This document shows positions 58,744-64,000 of a DNA stretch of 64,000 nt, in pieces. The stretch is from an uncultured delta proteobacterium (GTDB taxonomy: Bacteria > Myxococcota_A > Polyangia > Polyangiales > Polyangiaceae). The notes below the pieces were generated by a model. The model saw only the letters and a program-made list of their open reading frames with translations. It was not told the origin of the DNA and ran no database searches. Location: assembly GCA_963696385.1 (NCBI GenBank), contig CAVOKF010000003.1, forward strand, positions 352,001 through 416,000, written 5' to 3'. A program made the translations under genes and the position numbers. The first letter of the stretch is position 1; each line of letters opens with the position of its first letter.

Positions 58744-61695
58744 TCATTCGCCTCCGTCTTCGGGGGGCGAACTGCAAACACAATTGCCATTCCCGTCGCA
58801 CATCCCTGGGCAGTTGTTCGTCCCGGAGCACGACATTCCAGAGCCGATAGGCGTGTAGGAGCACCCGGTCGTGCCGCACGTCCCCGTGCTCGAATAGCAT
58901 GAGGAGGGAGGGCTGTTGCACGACGCGTCATTTGGCGTGTACGTGCACCCGGTCGCGCCGCACGTCCCCGTGCTCGAATAGCACGACGCGGGGGGGTTAT
59001 TGCACGACGCGTTATTGGCGGTGTACGTGCACCCGGTCGTGCCGCACGTCCCTGAATAGCACGATGCGGGGGGGCTATTGCACGACGCATTGTTCGGAGT
59101 GTACGTGCACCCAGTCGCGCCGCACGTCCCCGTGCTCGAATAGCACGACGCGGGGGGGTTATTGCACGACGCGTTATTGGCGGTGTACGTGCACCCGGTC
59201 GTGCCGCACGTCCCTGAATAGCACGATGCGGGGGGGCTATTGCACGACGCGTTATTCGGAGTGTACGTGCACCCGGTCGTGCCGCACGTCCCTGAATAGC
59301 ACGATGCGGGGGGGCTATTGCACGACGCATTGTTCGGAGTGTACGTGCACCCGGTCGCGCCGCACGTCCCCGTGCTCGAATAGCACGACGCGGGGGGGTT
59401 ATTGCACGACGCGTTATTGGCGGTGTACGTGCACCCGGTCGTGCCGCACGTCCCTGAATAGCACGATGCGGGGGGGCTATTGCACGACGCGTTATTGGCG
59501 GTGTACGTGCACCCGGTCTTGCCGCACGTCCCTGAATAGCACGATGCGGGGGGGCTATTGCACGACGCGTTATTGGCGGTGTACGTGCACCCGGTCGTGC
59601 CGCACGTCCCCGGGTTCGTATAGCACGATGCGGGGGGGCTATTGCACGACGCGTTATTGGCGGTGTACGTGCACCCGGTCGTGCCGCACGTCCCCGAATA
59701 GCACGATGCGGGCGGCGAGGCGCACGACGCATTGTTCGGAGTGTACGTGCACCCGGTCGTGCCGCACGTCCCCGGATTCGTATAGCACGATGCGGGCGGC
59801 GAGGCGCACGACGCATTGTTCGGAGTGTACGTGCAGGTGCCGTTCTCGCACGTTCCAGTGCTCTTATCGCATGCCACGGGTGGCGTGGTGCATGTCATGG
59901 CGGGGTACGAGCACTTGCCGCCGGTGCACGTCCCCGGGCCAGTCTCACACGTGCCCGGTGTGGTGCACGCGCTCGATGTACCGCCGGCCGCCGTGCAGCC
60001 CCCGCACGAGTCGGTCCCCGGCGCATTGCACGTCAGGGCATCGGTGCCATCGCACGCCCAGGTACCCGAACCGCACGTGGTCGTGCACGCGTCTCCCTTC
60101 GTGTGGCTAAGCGTCGTGCACCCCCCGCATTGGTTGAGAGCGGGCGCCACGCACTCGACGGTATCCGCGCCGTTGCACGTCCATGTTCCCGCGCAACCGT
60201 CCGCCCCGGTGCATCCCCCGCCTACCGTGTCCGGCAGCGTATTGCAGCCGCCGCATGCGTTTTGGGCCACGCAGGAGGTGGCCGAAGCGCAGCATTTACC
60301 CAGCGAACTCAAGCAGGAGGCGGCCGTGCACTCGCACGTGCCGTTGTCGCAGGCGAGCCCGTCCCCGCATCGATGGCACGTGCCCCCGTTGGCTCCGCAC
60401 GTGTCAATGCTCTGCGTCTCGCAGGTGGTCCCGTCGCAACAGCCATTCGGACAGGACGTCCCATCGCAGACGCACTGTCCGTCGCTGCAACGCTGGCCCG
60501 TACCGCAGGCGACGCACGCGGCCCCCCCCGTGCCGCATTGGCCGAGCGATTCGCTCTCAATGCACGAGGTGCCATCGCAGCAGCCGGAAGGGCACGACGT
60601 CGCGTTGCACACACACTTGCCGGCGCTGCATTCTTGGCCGGATCCGCATGTGGAGCAGGCGACCCCGCCGGTGCCGCAGGTGCCGTTGCCGGAGGTCTGG
60701 CAATTGTTATCCTTGTCGCAACAGCCGCTGGGGCAGCTCTTGGCGTCGCAGACACAACTGTCTTGCGCCGAGCACTCCTGGCCGGTGGCGCACTTTGCGC
60801 ACGCGACGCCGCTTGCGCCGCATTGCACGTTGCTCTCGGCCGTCACGCACGTGCCGTTGTTGCAGCACCCCGCGCAGCTCTTGCCGCCGCACAAGCACGC
60901 GCCAGCGCTGCACGCTTGGCCCTGATCGCACGCGCCGCAGACTTGGCCTCCAGAACCGCATGCCGCGTCGGGCGCTTGCGCGTCGAAGCCGATGCAGATC
61001 CCGTCGTTGCAGCAGCCGGGGCACGACCCGTTGCATAGACAGTTGCCGCTCGTCGTGTCGCAGCCCAGACCGGAGCCACACGCCGCGCAGGCGACGCCGC
61101 CCACGCCGCACATCGCGGGGGTTTGCGCCGCGTACGCGATGCACGTGTTTCCGTCGCAGCAGCCGTTCGGACACGATGCGAGGTCGCAGACGCAGCCCCC
61201 GTCGTCGCTGCACTCTTGCCCTGCGCCGCACGCCACGCAGGCCATCCCCGGAGCCCCGCAATTGGCCGTGGCCGAGGTCACGCAAACGCCGCCATCCGCG
61301 CAGCATCCCGTGCACGAAGCTCCGCAGGAGCAGACGCCGCCCGCGCAGCTCTGCCCGACGGGACAGTAGGCGCAGGCCCCCCCGTCCGTTCCGCATGCCG
61401 ATCCACCGGCGTCGCCCGTCTGGCAGACTCCGTTGGTGTCGCAGCAGCCCTGGGGACAGGTCGCGGAACCGCAGGGCGGTGGCCCCGCTTCCACGTCGGC
61501 GCGGACCTCATCGGCCGGAGCGTCGCCCGGCGGGACCACGTCCGGCATCGGGGTCGCATCCGTCATCGAAGAGTGCACGGACCCGTCGGGCGGCCCGGCA
61601 TCGCCCACCCCGAAATCGCCGAGCAGGCCAAGACAGCCCACGACGGCGAAGGACGCCATCGCGACCCAGAGAACGACCAGCAAACGATGTCGCAT
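58744..61695 (-). CDS. Cys-rich repeat lipoprotein (983 aa)
   Basis: Lipobox FAVVG|C; 8 copies of a ~47-aa 10-Cys repeat, CGGC repeats, then 12 copies of a 26/28-aa 4-Cys repeat. Confidence 0.88.
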   Translation of the reverse strand: MRHRLLVVLWVAMASFAVVGCLGLLGDFGVGDAGPPDGSVHSSMTDATPMPDVVPPGDAPADEVRADVEAGPPPCGSATCPQGCCDTNGVCQTGDAGGSACGTDGGACAYCPVGQSCAGGVCSCGASCTGCCADGGVCVTSATANCGAPGMACVACGAGQECSDDGGCVCDLASCPNGCCDGNTCIAYAAQTPAMCGVGGVACAACGSGLGCDTTSGNCLCNGSCPGCCNDGICIGFDAQAPDAACGSGGQVCGACDQGQACSAGACLCGGKSCAGCCNNGTCVTAESNVQCGASGVACAKCATGQECSAQDSCVCDAKSCPSGCCDKDNNCQTSGNGTCGTGGVACSTCGSGQECSAGKCVCNATSCPSGCCDGTSCIESESLGQCGTGGAACVACGTGQRCSDGQCVCDGTSCPNGCCDGTTCETQSIDTCGANGGTCHRCGDGLACDNGTCECTAASCLSSLGKCCASATSCVAQNACGGCNTLPDTVGGGCTGADGCAGTWTCNGADTVECVAPALNQCGGCTTLSHTKGDACTTTCGSGTWACDGTDALTCNAPGTDSCGGCTAAGGTSSACTTPGTCETGPGTCTGGKCSYPAMTCTTPPVACDKSTGTCENGTCTYTPNNASCASPPASCYTNPGTCGTTGCTYTPNNASCASPPASCYSGTCGTTGCTYTANNASCNSPPASCYTNPGTCGTTGCTYTANNASCNSPPASCYSGTCGKTGCTYTANNASCNSPPASCYSGTCGTTGCTYTANNASCNNPPASCYSSTGTCGATGCTYTPNNASCNSPPASCYSGTCGTTGCTYTPNNASCNSPPASCYSGTCGTTGCTYTANNASCNNPPASCYSSTGTCGATGCTYTPNNASCNSPPASCYSGTCGTTGCTYTANNASCNNPPASCYSSTGTCGATGCTYTPNDASCNSPPSSCYSSTGTCGTTGCSYTPIGSGMSCSGTNNCPGMCDGNGNCVCSSPPEDGGE
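58864..59835 (-). repeat. Coding tandem repeat, 12 units of 78 or 84 bp
   Basis: Unit CTYT[A/P]NNASC[N/A][S/N]PPASCY(S|TNP|SST)GTCG[T/A/K]TG; near-identical at DNA level; 240-bp higher-order period seen at 59041, 59281, 59521. Confidence 0.97.
60331..61473 (-). repeat. Degenerate coding repeat, 8 units of ~47 aa with 10 Cys each
   Basis: C...SCP.GCC...C......CG..G..C..C..GQ.C....C pattern, diverged at DNA level. Confidence 0.85.
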
Positions 61696-61744
61696 CAGAA
61701 AGTCCCCCTGCCCTTGGCAACCGGCGCGAGCCCTGCGCGTCGCA

Positions 61745-62710
61745 TCAGAACGTTCCGACCACGCCCACGTTCATCGGCCCTACATAGGCCGCGACCGGAC
61801 TCGACTTCGGAGCCGTGAGAACGAATGCGAGACCCGCCGCGGCGCCCGCGCCGCCGACGATCCAAGCGACCGTCGAAACGTTCGCGATCGTTCGGTACGT
61901 CGCGACGGCACCGCTCTCGTTCGAAGAGCAGACCCCGCTCTTGCTGCACGATCCGCCATTCATCAGCGATGCGTGCTTGGAAGCCGCGACGATCCCGGTG
62001 ACGGCCCCCGTGATCACTCCTGCCGCGCCCACGCCGAACGACACAATGGCGAGTGGCGTGGACGTGGACGTGGACGTGGCGGGCGTCGGCGACGCGGACT
62101 CGACGAGACCGCTCGCCGCGGCGCGAGCCTGCGGGAGTGGATCCATGGCGAGCGTCACCGTTTGCTCGCCCCCTTCGACGAGAACGAACGTGCTCTCGGC
62201 CGGCGCAAAGCCCGGAGCGGAGGCTTTGACCCAGTGTGCGCCGGGATCGCACGCACGGCGAACTCCGAGCGCCGCGACCGGGACCGCGATATCGTCGAGC
62301 GTCACCGTCGGCGACGTCGCTCCCCCCACTTGGATCGTGACCCACCCGAGCCGAGGCGCCAGAGCCGCCAGCTCCCGCTTCGATTCCTCGAGCGCTTTGG
62401 CAAATGCGGCGGGAGCATTGGGCGCCACCGGCTCGCGCAAGATGCGCTGATACGTCTCCTGCGCTTCGAGCAGGCGGCTCAGGCCGACCTGAGCGCGGGC
62501 CAAACCCAGAAGAAGCGTAGGCGCGTGAACGAGCGCTTCGGCGCGGGTGAACCGGTCGGCCGCGATGGCGTACTGGCCGTGCTGCTGCGCCTCGAACCCC
62601 TCGCGCGCGAGCGACCGCGCGGTCGCGCGGTCCGCATCCGATGGCTCCGCGAGGGCCGTGAAGGGGACCAGCCACACGATGGCAGCAACGAAAAGGAGGA
62701 GACGCTTCAT
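61745..62710 (-). CDS. Secreted TPR plus PEGA-like protein with C-terminal hydrophobic hairpin
   Basis: Signal MKRLLLFVAAIVWLVPFTALA; TPR (AADRFTRAEALVHAPT); DPGAHWVKASAPG; two Gly-rich hydrophobic segments; ends VGVVGTF. Confidence 0.75.
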   Translation of the reverse strand: MKRLLLFVAAIVWLVPFTALAEPSDADRATARSLAREGFEAQQHGQYAIAADRFTRAEALVHAPTLLLGLARAQVGLSRLLEAQETYQRILREPVAPNAPAAFAKALEESKRELAALAPRLGWVTIQVGGATSPTVTLDDIAVPVAALGVRRACDPGAHWVKASAPGFAPAESTFVLVEGGEQTVTLAMDPLPQARAAASGLVESASPTPATSTSTSTPLAIVSFGVGAAGVITGAVTGIVAASKHASLMNGGSCSKSGVCSSNESGAVATYRTIANVSTVAWIVGGAGAAAGLAFVLTAPKSSPVAAYVGPMNVGVVGTF

Positions 62711-62781
62711 GCCGGTAAACCCCCGAGCCCTACCCATACCGATTTTCTGAACAATCCAAAGAAAAGAAACTGACAGAGCGA

Positions 62782-64000
62782 CTAAATGCCAAAATCGACT
62801 TCGCCCGGAGCGGACGGCTTTGGACCCTGCTCTGGACGATTGGTCTTGTGAACGGGCACCCGTGTCGGTCCGGAGGAACGCGGCACAGACCCGGGCCTCT
62901 GACTCCATTCCGGCGGCGCAAGCGGGAGATCGCTCACGGAGGTCGTCGACTCGACGGGCGTCGCATCGAATTGCCGCCTCGACGAATCCGCGGCGGAGGC
63001 CGCCGGCGCGATCGCAGGCTTCAAGGACGCGCCCGACGCAGAAGGAGGACCGGGCCCGCTCGACACGGAACTGGGATTCACGGCGGCATTGCCCGTGGCG
63101 GGTGCTCCCGCGCGCGGATTGAAGAATCCGATGACGACCATGATGGCCATCGACCCCAAGACGGCCACCACGTAGCGCGATCGCATGAGTTGACGCGCGC
63201 CGAGAAGCGATTGGGTGAAGGGGGCCTGCGTCGTCGTGAGATGCGCCGGCTTGCGGCCGCGAAGGCGTGCGAGCGGCGGTTGGCTCGTCACGACCGGTGG
63301 GGTGGACGACTCGGGCGGCCGTCGTGCGCGCCACGTCTCGCGAGTGTCCGACGCGACACCGGGAATGGCGAGCGCGTCGCCCAGGGCCTCCGCGAGCTCG
63401 CGCGCGCTCGGAAACCGATCATCGGCATTGCGGGAAGCGGCGCGCGCCCACCAGATATCGAATTCAGGGGTCAGCCAGGGAGCCACCTTCGACGGCACGG
63501 GAATGGCCTCGTACATGATCTGGCCGAACAAGTCGCCGAGCGTCGGACTCTCGAAGGGCAACTGCCCGGTCAGACACTGGTAGGTGATCACGGCGAGCGA
63601 CCAGAGATCCGACCGGTGGTCGATTTCGCGGGTGCCGCGCGCCTGCTCCGGACTCATGTACGCGGGTGTTCCGACGAGCGACCCGGCTTGAGTCCCGGTC
63701 CCCTGCAACGAAAACGCGGCCGATTTCGCGACACCGAAGTCGAGGAGCTTGACGACTTCTTCGTCGTCGTCTTCCTGCGCGATGAAAATGTTCTCCGGCT
63801 TGATATCGCGGTGCACGAGACCGGCCAAATGGGCCTTGGCAAGGCCGCGTGCCACCTGGGAGACGATGCGATACGTCATCGTCGCATCGAGGTGCCCGAC
63901 CCGGCTCAATCTCGCGCAAAGATCTTCGCCCTGAAGATACTCCATGGCGATAAACGGCACGTCGTCGGCTACCGCGTAATCGAGAATACGAACGACATGA
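62782..64000 (-). CDS. Hanks-type Ser/Thr protein kinase with TM segment (5' end outside window)
   Basis: AMEYLQG, HRDIKPEN, DFGVAK, GTPAYMSPEQ, SDLWSL; TM YVVAVLGSMAIMVVIGFF; Pro/Ser-rich tail. Confidence 0.95.
   Translation of the reverse strand, partial: HVVRILDYAVADDVPFIAMEYLQGEDLCARLSRVGHLDATMTYRIVSQVARGLAKAHLAGLVHRDIKPENIFIAQEDDDEEVVKLLDFGVAKSAAFSLQGTGTQAGSLVGTPAYMSPEQARGTREIDHRSDLWSLAVITYQCLTGQLPFESPTLGDLFGQIMYEAIPVPSKVAPWLTPEFDIWWARAASRNADDRFPSARELAEALGDALAIPGVASDTRETWRARRPPESSTPPVVTSQPPLARLRGRKPAHLTTTQAPFTQSLLGARQLMRSRYVVAVLGSMAIMVVIGFFNPRAGAPATGNAAVNPSSVSSGPGPPSASGASLKPAIAPAASAADSSRRQFDATPVESTTSVSDLPLAPPEWSQRPGSVPRSSGPTRVPVHKTNRPEQGPKPSAPGEVDFGI

Noticed and set aside
58864..59835. 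Repeat array as a CRISPR or non-coding array
   Set aside because: No unique spacers, unit lengths are multiples of 3, it lies in-frame inside a lipoprotein ORF, and no cas genes are present
58605..60110. 403-aa repetitive ORFs 58605..59816 (-) and 58899..60110 (+)
   Set aside because: Alternate-frame and antisense shadows of the stop-free coding repeat
62058..62079. GTGGAC microsatellite (about 3.5 copies)
   Set aside because: Short, in-frame, encodes a Thr-Ser linker
62745..62781. AT-rich patch after the kinase as an intrinsic terminator
   Set aside because: A T-rich tract is present on the minus strand but no convincing hairpin precedes it

Overview
High-GC bacterial chromosomal segment. 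Gene content (Hanks-type Ser/Thr kinase, Cys-rich lipoproteins, a giant TPR protein, a DnaK/J-TPR pair, a sigma54 regulator) points to Myxococcota, probably Polyangiaceae-like; this is an inference. About 45 CDS are present: a translation/tRNA-modification block (queG, TrmN6-like MTase, SPOUT MTase, trmD-rimM-khpA-rpsP), a cellobiose module (GH1, GH94, DUF4380-like), an M16 peptidase pair, HtrA, an LpxL-like acyltransferase, J-TPR/DnaK/wHTH/TPR-cyclin-like genes, TolC, an NtrC-type regulator, mutY, 2-oxoacid dehydrogenase E1a/E1b/E2, nadB, etfBA, dnaX-ybaB-recR, RidA, a ~3,800-aa TPR protein, lipid genes, miaB, and a kinase/TPR/Cys-repeat lipoprotein triad. No rRNA, tRNA, CRISPR array or transposase was seen. 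Main observations: (1) all six frameshifts, plus one suspicious substitution, fall on GATC sites read as GATTC/GATT, suggesting a DNA-modification-linked sequencing signature rather than pseudogenes; (2) a TPR protein ends in a TFIIB/cyclin-like domain and follows a highly structured intergenic region and a dedicated Hsp70 module; (3) the E1-alpha is catalytically degenerate beside intact E1b/E2; (4) a lipoprotein carries a recently expanded 78/84-bp repeat array. All calls come from reading motifs by eye; no searches were run.
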